Positions 50,357 through 60,557 are shown, counted from the stretch's first letter. The stretch: DNA of 64,000 bases from Alphaproteobacteria bacterium (GCA_964291265.2 OZ219747.1:1280001-1344000), one strand, 5' to 3'. Program-made: numbers and translations. Notes: generated by a model from the sequence alone, not told the origin.

Positions 50357-51259
50357 TCAATGACGGCTCGGTTCTCCCAGTACCGCGGTCTTGAAGACGC
50401 TTGAGTCTTCCACGTACTCGCCGCCTTCCGGTGAGGCCGGCATGACATCGGTGAACCTGTCCTCGAGCACGACATGGGGGTCCTGTCCCTCGACCCAACC
50501 GAGGAAGATGTCGTGCAGGTGATAGCCGATCAGGTGCTGGATATCCTCGCGCAGGCGGCGGGCGACAGCGGGTGGAACGGCGAGATACTGGTTTTCTTCC
50601 TGGCGCAGCCAGCCGAGGCTGTATCCGGTGATCGCTCCGGTGCGGTGCTGGTCGGCGGTGACATTCCGTCCGCCGCCATGAAACACAGAACCGAGATAGA
50701 CGAGACACGAGCCCTTGGGCATCACGGCGCAGGCGACCCTGGAGTTGTCGTCGGGGTAGGTGTCGTCGTCCCAGAGGTGGCTGCCGGGAATGACATTCGT
50801 GGCGCCGTTTTCGACCGTGAAGTCCGACAGCGCCCACATCGTATTGCACAGGCACTGGGGTCCGGGGTGGCGGAAAGGAATGAGACCATCGTCGCGATGC
50901 ATGATCTGGCGTCCCTCGCCCGGCGTGATTCTCACCGCCTGCGTCACATGCAGCTGATAGCGTTCGCAGCGGGGCAGCAACAGGCGATCCATGACCGCGA
51001 GAATCTGCGGCGCCGTGGCGAGTTCCTCTCCATAGGCCCTGGATCTGGCGATCAGCGAGCTCACGCGCCGCGTCCGGCGGCCCCAGAACTCGCCTTCCCC
51101 GAAGTAGGCTCGACCGAGATAGGGTTCGAGTTCCTCGTTGACCCGGTCGATGACGTCGTCATCGACAAGATTGCGGAAGATGACCGCACCGTCCTCCTCG
51201 AGAATGGCCATCGCCTCGTCGGTCGATGCCGTGCGATCAACGGACCTGACTTCCTCCAT
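50357..51259 (-). CDS. Phytanoyl-CoA dioxygenase family protein
   Basis: HRDD, DFT.ENGAT..IPGSH, FHGGG, GWLRQEENQ motifs. Confidence 0.9.
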   Translation of the reverse strand: MEEVRSVDRTASTDEAMAILEEDGAVIFRNLVDDDVIDRVNEELEPYLGRAYFGEGEFWGRRTRRVSSLIARSRAYGEELATAPQILAVMDRLLLPRCERYQLHVTQAVRITPGEGRQIMHRDDGLIPFRHPGPQCLCNTMWALSDFTVENGATNVIPGSHLWDDDTYPDDNSRVACAVMPKGSCLVYLGSVFHGGGRNVTADQHRTGAITGYSLGWLRQEENQYLAVPPAVARRLREDIQHLIGYHLHDIFLGWVEGQDPHVVLEDRFTDVMPASPEGGEYVEDSSVFKTAVLGEPSRH

Positions 51260-51353
51260 GCCTGCCTCCATATCCCTCGAATCATGCTACCCCCACGGCG
51301 AGGCCGGGTCACGACGTCGATGAAGCGTGACGCGGTATCGTGGACGCCCCGAC

Positions 51354-51935
51354 ATGTTTGAGCGTCTCTACGCCAGGACCATGGACCTTGCCGCCAGCCG
51401 CCACGCGGTCTGGTGGCTGCTGGCGCTCGCCGTCGCCGAAGCCTCCTTCTTCCCGGTGCCCGTGGAGGCCCTGCTCCTGCCGATGATGTTCGCGACGCCC
51501 TCCAGGGCGTGGTTACTTGCCCTCCTCGCCACGATCGGGACCGTCCTGGGCGGTGCTGCTGGTTACGCTGTCGGACTGTTTTTTCACGATGCCGTCGCCT
51601 GGCCCGTGCTCGAATTCTACGGCTACGCGAAGGTCTATGCGGAGTATGCCACCCTCTACAACGAATGGGGGGCCTGGATCGTCTTCGCCGGCGGATTCAC
51701 GCCGATTCCCTACAAGGTGGTGACCATTGCTTCCGGCGCCATGCATCTCGACATCTGGGTCTTTGTCGTTGCCTCCGCCGTCTCGCGCGGCCTGCGCTTC
51801 GCCATTGAGGCGGCGCTGCTGTCGTGGTTCAGCGTGCCCTTGCGCGGCCTCGTGGAACGCCATTTCACGTTGGCGGGCTCGGCCATGCTGGTTGCGCTGG
51901 TTGCCGGTTTCGCCGCCATCAAGTGGTTCTTGTAG
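51354..51935 (+). CDS. YqaA/DedA family membrane protein
   Basis: AEASFFPVP, GFTPIPYKV.TIASG, SRGLRF motifs. Confidence 0.9.
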   Translation: MFERLYARTMDLAASRHAVWWLLALAVAEASFFPVPVEALLLPMMFATPSRAWLLALLATIGTVLGGAAGYAVGLFFHDAVAWPVLEFYGYAKVYAEYATLYNEWGAWIVFAGGFTPIPYKVVTIASGAMHLDIWVFVVASAVSRGLRFAIEAALLSWFSVPLRGLVERHFTLAGSAMLVALVAGFAAIKWFL

Positions 51936-51968
51936 GATTCCCTGGAGCGGTTTCATACTCGGGGTCCG

Positions 51969-52469
51969 ATGACCGTCCTTTCTCCCATGGCGGCATGGCA
52001 ACGTTCCAGGCTGCTCGCTGGCCTGCTCGGCCTCGCCAGTGCCGCCTGCCTCGCCGCCGCCTTCTGGTTCCAGCATGTGGGGGGACTTGAGCCCTGCCCC
52101 CTGTGCATTGACCAGCGCTGGGCCCATGGCGCGTCCGTCGCCGTTGCGGCCGTGTCGGTTGTCTTCATGAGGCCGGGGCGTGCGGCGATCATGCTGGCAG
52201 CCCTTGCCCTTGCCTTCCTTGCCGGAACCGCTATCGCTGCTTGGCATGTCATGGTTGAATGGCGCTGGGTGTCGTCGCCGGGATGCAGCACACCGGAGTT
52301 CGGGGACATGTCGATCGATTCCTTTCTCTCCATCGAAGTCGTGCCGTGCGACGATGTCGCGTGGTCGATGGCGGGGGTCTCCATGGCCGGATGGAACGCC
52401 ATCGTTTCCCTGATGCTGGCAGCGGTCGCCATCAGCGGTTGTCTGGCGTCATTGCGGGGGCGCAGATGA
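51969..52469 (+). CDS. dsbB: Disulfide bond formation protein B family
   Basis: PCPLCIDQR, second Cys pair, G.SMAGWN motifs. Confidence 0.85.
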   Translation: MTVLSPMAAWQRSRLLAGLLGLASAACLAAAFWFQHVGGLEPCPLCIDQRWAHGASVAVAAVSVVFMRPGRAAIMLAALALAFLAGTAIAAWHVMVEWRWVSSPGCSTPEFGDMSIDSFLSIEVVPCDDVAWSMAGVSMAGWNAIVSLMLAAVAISGCLASLRGRR

Positions 52470-53026
52470 CGGCAGAGCGCAACACCCGCGACGGACTTCT
52501 GCCCGGTGACGGCACGGTGCGCGATATCGTCCATGCCATGATCCGGGTCGATCATGCCGGAGAATTCGGTGCCAAACGGATCTATGACGGACAACTCGCC
52601 GTGCTCGGTGGCACCCGGGCCGGCGAGGTCATTCGCGGCATGGCGGAACAGGAACAGAAACACCTCGACCGTTTCGATGAACTGATCGTCACGCGGCGGG
52701 TCCGGCCAACCGTGCTTTCGCCGTTATGGAATGTGGCGGGCTTTGCGCTTGGCCTCGGCTCCGCCCTCCTGGGCCCACGCGCCGCCATGGCCTGCACCGA
52801 GGCCGTCGAAAGCGTCATCAGCGAACACTACGCCAGCCAGGCCCGGCGTCTGGGAGGCGATGAGGCGGATCTCAGGGCCACCATCGAGGAGTTTCGCCAG
52901 GATGAGACGGCCCACCACGACACCGCTCTGGAGCACGGTGCCCGGGAAACGCCTGCGCACGACATTTTCACCGGTGCCATCCGCCGTGGCACACGCCTCG
53001 CCATCCTTCTTTCGACCAGGCTGTAA
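52466..53026 (+). CDS. coq7: Demethoxyubiquinone hydroxylase (di-iron)
   Basis: MIRVDHAGEFGA..IY.GQ, E..H, AMACTEAVE.VI..HY, DE..H motifs. Confidence 0.92.
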   Translation: MTAERNTRDGLLPGDGTVRDIVHAMIRVDHAGEFGAKRIYDGQLAVLGGTRAGEVIRGMAEQEQKHLDRFDELIVTRRVRPTVLSPLWNVAGFALGLGSALLGPRAAMACTEAVESVISEHYASQARRLGGDEADLRATIEEFRQDETAHHDTALEHGARETPAHDIFTGAIRRGTRLAILLSTRL

Positions 53027-53301
53027 CAGGTCTTTGTGCGCCACCGGACCTTCGGCCCTGGCCCGGGCATGATGCCGTTCACGGCTTCGCGATGACGTCC
53101 GAATACCTCGACTCCCACAGCTGCGCCGACGCCGACAATGACTTCGCCGCGAACTACGGCCGGCCACGTGGTCGCCTTCCACCGCCCTCAGGAGATCGAG
53201 CTGCGCCAGGGCAAGCGCTTATCTGCCTGACCCGCAACGACACAGGCCTCGGCCCCGTCAACAGTGGCACGGCAGGGTCACGTTCCACCTCGAAGGCTTA
53301 A

Positions 53302-55084
53302 CCCGGTTCTGTCACCAAGGGGAATGATAGTGGAATGATGGCGTAATCTTCAGCCTCGGGCGCAGACAAGGTTCACTTTGATTGCGCTGTTGGCGGAATC
53401 GTGTCGCATTTGGGATAGTTTTTCGGCTCATATTGGCAGGCCAAGGGAGCCGAAAGCCGTTTTTAGCGTTCGTGCCTATGCCGGGACATGCGCCAGGCAC
53501 ACCCCTGGCGACGCCTTCGGGAGACGCTGTGATCAGACTGTGATGGGATGCAGCACACGCTATCCCGGCGGCGGCGCCTGGGCCGCGGCACGCAGGTTGA
53601 CGAGGGTGCGGGCGAACACCTCCTGCAAGGGGAAGATCGAGGCAAAGGAGAGGCGAAGCCGGCGCACCGTCTTCGTCACCCTGCCGGCAAGCTTGAACAA
53701 CCGGGAGCGTATGGTGTCGACGCGCCAGCGGGCACACTCGGTGCCGTGCAGGCCGACACGGCGCAGGATGTCGACGATGGCGCCGGCAAAGGCCGAGAAG
53801 TACATGCGCAGCTGGTTGGCCCGCATGACATGGCACGACGTGCGATCGGAGAACAGCCACAACTGCTGATCCTTGATCCGGTTCTCCATGTCTCCCCGAG
53901 CACAGTACCTCTGCTCATAGAGTTCCCGAGCGCCGACCTCCTTCCTGGAGATGCTCGTCACAATGTAACGAGCGTTCTTGCCGCGCGGTCCCGGTAGCCA
54001 TTCCGCCTTGGCCACCACTCGCCGCTCGCGGGACCATGACTTCTGCGTGCGATACCGCAGATCCCGATACCGTCTGGATGGCTTGCCGGACACCAGACAA
54101 CGCCGCCTCGACTTGTTGAGTGCCTTCGTGACCATGCTGTTCAAGCGAGGATTCTGACCATATCCAAAGACATAGTCGACACCATGGTCCTCGCACCAGA
54201 CCATGATGTCGTCCGTGCCGAAGTCACAATCCCCCCGCACCACGATCCGTGTCCGGGGCCACACGCCGCGGATCTGCTCAACGATCTGTGACAGCTCATC
54301 CACCGAGCCATCCGCCGCGCCATGGTCGGCCGTCCGCAACCGGCAGCGCAGGATGTGCTCGCCGCAGACGACGAACAGCGGCAGGAAGCAATGGTGGTCG
54401 TCATAGCCGTGGAAGTACTTGCCCTCCTGGTCGCCATGCACCGGATCGTCGGTGGCATCAAGATCCAGAACAATCTCCTCGGGCGGTTCCGCATGGCTCT
54501 CCAGAAACAGGTCCACAAGAAGACGGTCCAGTGCTTCGTGATCGGCCACGATCTTCTTATAGCGGTCCAGGCTCGCCTCATTCGGATCGCCGAGTTCCAG
54601 GCGGTTCAGCGTGCTCGAGGCCGCCAGCACATGTCCACGGTCCCGCTCGCGAACCCGTCTCGCTCCCTCCACATCGTCGATCCCGCAAGCCAGGGCCAGA
54701 GCAGGGTCGTCACGCAGACGGTCATGATCATTGAGATCCTCGTAACCCAGAGCCAAAGCGATGATGCGCTGCGCCACCAGTGTCGTCACATCGTGTTCAA
54801 TGCGACTGGGATCACGATAATCAACAAAAGCGTCAGCAACACGCTCCGTCACGTTGAAAAGCCTGTCTGCTTCCCGCAACAGAAGCGCACCACCGTCGGA
54901 GGTCATGCGGCCACCATCGAAATTGGCCACAATCTGCCGCCGTCCGAGACCTTCAAACTCCAGTTGTTGTGCTGGACACTGTGTCGCCATGTGGATGGGC
55001 TCCTTGGTGCATGTAACTCATTGGTCTTATTCATATATCACAAACCCCATCCCCATCAAAAGGAAACTTGGTGACAAATCTGGG
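53302..55084 (-). mobile_element. IS1380-family insertion sequence (1,783 bp), apparently intact
   Basis: TIRs CCCGGTTCTGTCACCAAG / CCCAGATTTGTCACCAAG; TTAA duplication at 53298-53301 and 55085-55088. Confidence 0.93.
53560..54990 (-). CDS. IS1380-family DDE transposase
   Basis: FDGG..TSDGG, GYEDLNDHD.LR.DP, DLDATDD..HG.QEG, RGD, YCARGDMENRIK motifs. Confidence 0.96.
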   Translation of the reverse strand: MATQCPAQQLEFEGLGRRQIVANFDGGRMTSDGGALLLREADRLFNVTERVADAFVDYRDPSRIEHDVTTLVAQRIIALALGYEDLNDHDRLRDDPALALACGIDDVEGARRVRERDRGHVLAASSTLNRLELGDPNEASLDRYKKIVADHEALDRLLVDLFLESHAEPPEEIVLDLDATDDPVHGDQEGKYFHGYDDHHCFLPLFVVCGEHILRCRLRTADHGAADGSVDELSQIVEQIRGVWPRTRIVVRGDCDFGTDDIMVWCEDHGVDYVFGYGQNPRLNSMVTKALNKSRRRCLVSGKPSRRYRDLRYRTQKSWSRERRVVAKAEWLPGPRGKNARYIVTSISRKEVGARELYEQRYCARGDMENRIKDQQLWLFSDRTSCHVMRANQLRMYFSAFAGAIVDILRRVGLHGTECARWRVDTIRSRLFKLAGRVTKTVRRLRLSFASIFPLQEVFARTLVNLRAAAQAPPPG

Positions 55085-55342
55085 TTAAGCGCATGCTCAA
55101 CCTTTCGGCCTGAAGCCCGCCACGTCGATCTCGCACGGGCCTTGACCGTGCATGCGTTCCGCCCGCACGGTCGATACCGTGATAGCCGCACTGAAGGCGA
55201 ATCATCCCATCTCGTCATGCAGAAGGGTTTGGAATTGAGTTCTCCCGTGCAGGCGACCGCGTCGAACTCGTCACGACAAGGAGACGCTCAAGGAGCGTCG
55301 CTTGAGGGCGCAATGGGCCTCGAGGCGGAAGCGGATGTTAGT

Positions 55343-55728
55343 CCGAAGTTCCAGCACCGATCAGACGTATCGTTATGAATGTATTGACGTTTGGGAGAAT
55401 CTGGTGTGTCGCTACTGGGAATGCTAGAGGCGCACGCCGAGGTGGTTCAGGGCCTCTTTCTGGAGCGTCGTGGGCCGCATGGTGACCTGGAAGGGCCGCG
55501 GGGTTTCGACTTTCTTCATGGGCCAGGAGGAGAGATTGTTGGCGGGGGGCTCATGCGGTTGGGGACGATGTCTGTGTACATGGCAACGTATATGAGGGCG
55601 ACAGCCGCCTGTGTCAACAGAGTGTTTCACCGTTACATGGGAACTTCTGCATGTCGCTTCTGTGCGATTTTATCAGTAAGATCAACTACTTGATGTGGTT
55701 GTAGCGCTGAAATCGTCCGGAACTTCGG
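55343..55728 (-). mobile_element. IS1634-derived non-autonomous element (MITE-like, 386 bp)
   Basis: Perfect 10-bp TIR CCGAAGTTCC...GGAACTTCGG; flanks GTTAGT/GTTAGG; internal MYTDIVPNRMSPP and NLSSWP (N-terminus) joined to RPTTLQKEALNHLGVRL* (C-terminus). Confidence 0.8.
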
Positions 55729-56121
55729 GTTAGGCCGCGACAAGGTTCGATCGAGCGACCGAGCCATGTCGCGGGAATGAACGGGCGCCGAAGGACGAGG
55801 ATCGTGGCTCGAGTTGGTAGGCGCGGGTGCCCACGTGTCGGCCAGTCAGTCGAAGCCGTGTCGTCGGCGTGATGTGGGCGCAAGCGAGTCATGCGCACCT
55901 GACGGGATCAGCAAGAGGCCCTTGTAGGTCGATGTGAGGCGAAACCGGAGGTTGGGTCAGTCTCGCAACGGAGTTCCTGTCGAGCGGAAGGATGCGTGCT
56001 GTCGCAGTTTCGCAGACAGTTCTTTCTTCCTACCATGGGCATTCACGTCCGCTGCGCCGGGGGGCCTGATCGGACTGGCGCTCGACGTTCGAGGAGTACG
56101 GGGTCAGCCGGGAGTGTCCAG

Positions 56122-57222
56122 ATGAAAATCGTCGACGTGACGCCGTTTCTGGTCGGTCCGAGGCCGAGTTCGGACGGCTGGTCCGAGGGCCAGACCATGG
56201 TGTTCGTGAAACTGGAGACGGACCAGGGCCTTGTCGGCTGGGGCGAAGCCTATGCTCTCACCTACCGGGAACCCGCGACGTGCGAGATCATCATCGTCCT
56301 TGGCGAGGCCCTGAAACAGATGCCGCACACCAGTCCGCGCGCCTTCCTGCATCACGTCGTGGAACCCATGTCGTACAAGCATCCCGGGATCGACTATGCG
56401 TCGGCGGCGAGCGCGGTCGAGGTCGCGCTCTGGGATCTCGCCGGACAAGCGGCGCAGATGCCCGTGCACGCGATGCTCGGCGGCGCCATCATCGACCGGG
56501 TGCCGGTCTACGCCAACGCCTGGGACGGGCCGGTCCAGACGCCTCGGGCCATTGCGGAGCGATGTGCGATGATGCGTTCCGAAGGCTATGGCGCCGTCAA
56601 GATCTACCCCCTGCGCCAGGCCACCCTGGAGGATGCCGAGGCCTGCGTCCGCCTGACCCGGGAAGCGGTCGGCTGGGATGTCGACATCATGCTCGATTTC
56701 GCCGTCCAGAAGGACCGTCGCCACGCGCTTCGGGCCGCCCGACTGTTCGAGCCCTACGCTCCCTTCTGGATCGAGGAACCGCTCGCCGGGGACGACCTTG
56801 ATGGTCTGGCCGAATTCCGCGCCAGCACGACATCGCGCATCACCACCGGCGAGCGCCAGTCGGGTGTGCGCCATTACCGCAACCTCCTCGACAGGAGGGC
56901 AGCCGATGTCCTCAATCCCGACATCGTCGGGGCCGGCGGCATCGTGACGATGCTCGAAATCGGCGCCATGGCGGACGCCCACTCGGTGCTCATCTCACCC
57001 CATTGCTGGAACAGCACGACCGTGGCCTTCGTCGCCATGCTGCATACCTGCGCCGTGATGCCGAATGCCATTCATGGTGAGCTCTACTACGACTACCTGG
57101 AACTCGGCGCCGAGTTCGCCACCTGCGACTATGTCATCAAGGACGGCATGGCCAGCCTGCCCCGGGCGCCGGGACTTGGCGTGACGGTCGACGAGACCGT
57201 CCTGCGCTCCCTCGCTCCCTGA
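56122..57222 (+). CDS. Mandelate racemase/galactonate dehydratase-like enolase superfamily protein
   Basis: G.VGWGE, ALWDL.G, VK.Y, MLD, IEEP, TGE, SPH, PGLG motifs. Confidence 0.9.
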   Translation: MKIVDVTPFLVGPRPSSDGWSEGQTMVFVKLETDQGLVGWGEAYALTYREPATCEIIIVLGEALKQMPHTSPRAFLHHVVEPMSYKHPGIDYASAASAVEVALWDLAGQAAQMPVHAMLGGAIIDRVPVYANAWDGPVQTPRAIAERCAMMRSEGYGAVKIYPLRQATLEDAEACVRLTREAVGWDVDIMLDFAVQKDRRHALRAARLFEPYAPFWIEEPLAGDDLDGLAEFRASTTSRITTGERQSGVRHYRNLLDRRAADVLNPDIVGAGGIVTMLEIGAMADAHSVLISPHCWNSTTVAFVAMLHTCAVMPNAIHGELYYDYLELGAEFATCDYVIKDGMASLPRAPGLGVTVDETVLRSLAP

Positions 57223-57321
57223 GCACATCGCGTTCAAGACCTTGGCGGACATGCGAAGCGCGACCGATCGACACAACCGTCGCAGCGGTTGTACCGGATT
57301 GCAACCCCGGCCGCCGACGCG

Positions 57322-58647
57322 CTAGGCGACGAAAACGAAGTCGAAGTCGTCGATGGTCAGGGTGTTCATACGGGTGTCGACCAGCGTGATGGTGTCTCCC
57401 GCATCGCCGTAGCCGATGACGGTATCGCGGCCGTCCCGGCGGATCTTCAGCGACTCGAAAGCGGCTTCGTCCGATGTGTCGCCCGGAACGTTGAGGTGAA
57501 GCTGGATGATGTCCGTCTCCCCATTGGCCAAGGCCCTCTTCCGGGCCGCATTCTCAGCTTTGAGAGTGGGATGGTACACGTTGCTGCCACTGAACCCGAA
57601 GCCGAAATCCTCGATCGTGTCCTGCCCGTCACCCTCGTGGAACACGAAGGTATCGGCTCCCCAGCCGCTTTCCATGGTGTCATTGCCCTTGCCGCCAACC
57701 ATGGTGTTGTCGTCCCAGCTGGCCTCCAGGGTGTCGTCGCCGGCCCCGCCGTGGAGCTCGTTGTTGCCGTGGGAGACGGTAAGGGTGTCGTTGCCGTCGC
57801 CGCCGTGGAGTTCGTCGTCTCCATGGCCACCTGTCAGGGTATCGTCGCCGTCGCCGCCGTGGAGCTCGTTGTTGCCGCGGGAGACGGTAAGGGTGTCGTT
57901 GCCGTCGCCGCCGTGGAGTTCGTCGTCTCCATGGCCACCTGTCAGGGTATCGTTGCCGGCATAGCCGTAGAGGCATGTGTCGCTCCATATGGCCTCTAAA
58001 GTGTCGTCGCCACTGGTGCCGTAGAGGATAATGACGCAGTCGTGGGGATTGTCGGCTTCGAGGGTGCCGTCGCCCTCGCGACCAAGGATCTTGTCCTCGC
58101 CATCCCCATTATTACTGACGTCGAGCGGCTTATCACCCGAAGTGTCCGGGATCGTGTCCCCGCCGCCGTCGTTGTTGGCATTCGGGTCGCCACCGTCGTT
58201 GTCGTTGTCGAGGGGGTTGCCGCCATCGCCAGCAGGCAGGATGAAGTCGTTCGCATCCAAGCTGTCTGCCGACACGCCCGACAGCGTGATGGTATCGCCG
58301 GCGTTGCCGTAGCGAATGACAGTATCGGCGCCGCTCTTCTCGATGATCAGCGCCGCAAACCCGCCGGATACGCCATCCAGACGAATCCTGTCGCCGTCCC
58401 CGAAGTCGGTGATCGTGTCGGCGCCGTCTCCCGCCTCGAACACGAAGGTGTCGGCGCCGCGGCCACCCGTCAGCGTATCGTCGCCGTCGCCGCCGATCAG
58501 CGTGTCGCCGCCCTTGCCGCCCCCCAGCGTGTCGGAGCCAGCGCCGCCGGTCAGCGTGTCAGCGCCCTTGCGGCCCCGTAGAACGTCGTCGCCGTCGCCG
58601 CCAGTCAGCGTGTCAGCGCCCCGGCCGCCAGTCCGCTCGATAGCCAT
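57322..58647 (-). CDS. RTX (hemolysin-type Ca-binding repeat) secreted protein
   Basis: Many GGxGxDxLx nonapeptides; two GADTFVF...DTI.DF...DTVI.YG.AGDTITL modules; RBS AGGAGG. Confidence 0.92.
   Translation of the reverse strand: MAIERTGGRGADTLTGGDGDDVLRGRKGADTLTGGAGSDTLGGGKGGDTLIGGDGDDTLTGGRGADTFVFEAGDGADTITDFGDGDRIRLDGVSGGFAALIIEKSGADTVIRYGNAGDTITLSGVSADSLDANDFILPAGDGGNPLDNDNDGGDPNANNDGGGDTIPDTSGDKPLDVSNNGDGEDKILGREGDGTLEADNPHDCVIILYGTSGDDTLEAIWSDTCLYGYAGNDTLTGGHGDDELHGGDGNDTLTVSRGNNELHGGDGDDTLTGGHGDDELHGGDGNDTLTVSHGNNELHGGAGDDTLEASWDDNTMVGGKGNDTMESGWGADTFVFHEGDGQDTIEDFGFGFSGSNVYHPTLKAENAARKRALANGETDIIQLHLNVPGDTSDEAAFESLKIRRDGRDTVIGYGDAGDTITLVDTRMNTLTIDDFDFVFVA
57746..57958 (-). repeat. 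Near-identical 108-bp tandem duplication within the RTX gene
   Basis: GGHGDDELHGGDGNDTLTVS(R/H)GNNELHGG occurs twice. Confidence 0.9.
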
Positions 58648-58676
58648 GGTAGAACCTCCTGATTGCTATGACGCAT

Positions 58677-58709
58677 ACTTTACCCCCCCCCCCCCCCCCC
58701 CGCCGTCAA
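58677..58709 (-). promoter_or_regulatory. Sigma70-like promoter of the RTX gene with a G19 tract in the spacer
   Basis: TTGACG (58709-58704), then GC plus G19 (21 nt), then TAAAGT (58682-58677), 30 nt before the ATG. Confidence 0.75.
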
Positions 58710-58807
58710 ACAAGTCCGAGCAGATTTTTTTTGTCGTCCCGACGCTCGGCGCACGCAGGCTGATTTTGGGGGTGGACATCCCGTTTTCGCTGTGGCAGTG
58801 TGCCGGC

Positions 58808-59212
58808 ATGACGACGCTTGTGACCCCGGATTCCCCTATCGACCTTCGCGAGGTGACGGTGCGGCCGACCCGTGGCGCACGTGAGCACCGGCTCTGGGAT
58901 CGTCTGGTCAAGGAGCATCACTACCTGCGGTTTCACGGCATCATCGGCAAGGGCCTGCGCCATGTCGCCCTGCACGGCGAGACCTGGGTGGCGCTGGTCG
59001 GCTGGCAGCCGGGCTCGTTCAAGCTTGCTGCACGCGACCGCTGGATCGGCTGGACTGCGGAGCAGCAGTTCCGCCGCCTGCATCTGATCGCGAACAATTC
59101 CCGGTTCGTCATTCTTGGCCCGAGAGGGGTGCCGAACCTGGCGTCCCGCGTGCTCGGCCTGAGCCTTCGGCGGCTGTCCGCCGACATCGAGGCGGCGCAC
59201 GGATATCCGGTG
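58808..59212 (+). pseudogene. DUF4338 (DruA-like, IS-associated) domain ORF, truncated
   Basis: WDRLV..HHYL, G..LRHVA, W...FKL.ARDRWIGW, LHLIANNSRF.IL, PNLASRVL; breaks after GYPV. Confidence 0.85.
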
Positions 59213-59360
59213 TCGGAGAACCCCATGCACGTCCGCACGCCTTCTGTTGGGACCCTGGGAGGTCTTCGAACTATCCCGCCTGTCGTGGCGGGACCGTGTA
59301 GGGAAAGGAGAAAGCCGAAGCCTATGATGGATGGTTTGAAGAAGTCGGATGGGGCCGTAG
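59213..59360 (+). mobile_element. Internal fragment of a group II intron RNA (approximately late D1 to D2/D3)
   Basis: GGGA-CCTGGGAGGTC...GGGAAAGG..AAGCCG..ATGATG...AAGTCGGATGGGGCCGTAG pattern resembles intron internal sequence. Confidence 0.55.
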
Positions 59361-59361
59361 G

Positions 59362-60557
59362 GTGTGCTGGGCAGCGCCCAGATCAGGTGGGTTCAAGTCC
59401 CACTGGCGCTCGGGTAAGGGGCGCCATATCCAAAAGCGGGGGTCATTCCTCGCTGGCCGGGGTGAGCGAATAAGCGACGCCCTAAACGGGCACGAAGTTG
59501 GAAACGACGGACACTGCCAAGGGAAGAGCTAAGTTGGTTCACTGTCGAGAGACAACCGGAGGGCAGGGTGTCCACCGTGAGGTGGAATCTGAAGGGCTTG
59601 CGGAGAAGTACCGGGCCGTAATCGAGGGGGCGACCCCATGATGAATCGGTCGGCCAAAGACGGGGCAAGGTCGAGCCGGCACTATGGCGGCGAAGGCGTT
59701 CTTACTCACCCGTCGCACCAAGGTGTTTGCGAACGGCACGGTACGGAAGATCTGGACGTGACCCCAGGAGGGCTCGTCGTGTTCCCGGGTGGCACCGGGA
59801 TAACGGCCCCTATAAGCCGAGAGGCGAAGTGAGAAAGGATGCACGGCGAGCAATCGGACAACCGAATAGTACCACAAGCCCGGTGAAAGCCGGGTGACCG
59901 CGCGAGCGGCGACCGGGTGGGTCGGGGAAGGCGGTTGGCAGAGGTGGTTGGTGAGAGACGGTGAAGGAGCGAGTAAGGATCATGACGCGGACAAGTTCCA
60001 TGAGCGAAAGACCCGGACGTCATGGGCCGAGGAGACTGGTTCACTGGCTCAACCTGACGGGAGAAAGGAAGGTCCACTCACTGGTGGACAAGGTGTACAA
60101 GCGGAAGAATCTTGAGGTGGCCTGGGAGAAGGTCAAGCGCAACCGCGGTGCCGGTGGCGTGGATGGAGAGAACCTGGCGGCGTTCGAGGCATCGCTTGAT
60201 GCGAATCTCGATCGCTTGCACCGAGAGTTGCGGGACGGTGATTACGGTCCGCAGCCGGTTCTCCAACGCCTGATTCCCAAGGCGGGCCAGCCGGGGAAGC
60301 TACGTCCTCTTGGCATCCCGACGATTTACGATCGGGTGTGTCAGCAGGCGCTGCTGAACCGGCTGGAGTCGATCTTCGAGCCGATTTTCGATGATGCCAA
60401 CTTCGGGTATCGGCAAGGGAGGTCCGCCCATGGAGCACTACGCAAGATATGGAAGGAACTGGACGAGGGCCGGGAGTGGGTTGTTGACGCGGATTTGCAG
60501 GATTTCTTCGGATCCGTGGACCACGCGAAGCTTCTTGAGCTTGTGAACCAGCGCGTC
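59362..60557 (+). mobile_element. 5' part of a group II intron, 3'-truncated
   Basis: GTGTG 5' end; structured D1 (GGGTTCAAGTCCC; GTCCACCGTGAGGTGGAATCTGAAG); D3-like ATAGTACC..GCCCGGTGAAAGCCGGGT..GGGAAGG; RT ORF follows. No D5/D6 seen. Confidence 0.85.

Larger units (their letters stand above)
53050..55330 (+). pseudogene. TrwC/TraA relaxase-helicase C-terminal remnant interrupted by IS1380
   Basis: Before the IS: AANY...VVAFHR, TRNDTGLG.VN, GRVTFHLEG. After it: RHVDLA.ALTVHAF, TVD.VIA, QKG, SRAGDRVELVT. Confidence 0.72.

Noticed and set aside
58808-59212. Druantia anti-phage system
   Set aside because: Only a truncated DUF4338 domain is present. There is no DruE helicase or partner gene, and the context is mobile-element debris.
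59380-59410. tRNA-like GGGTTCAAGTCCC T-loop
   Set aside because: No cloverleaf forms; it is part of group II intron domain I.
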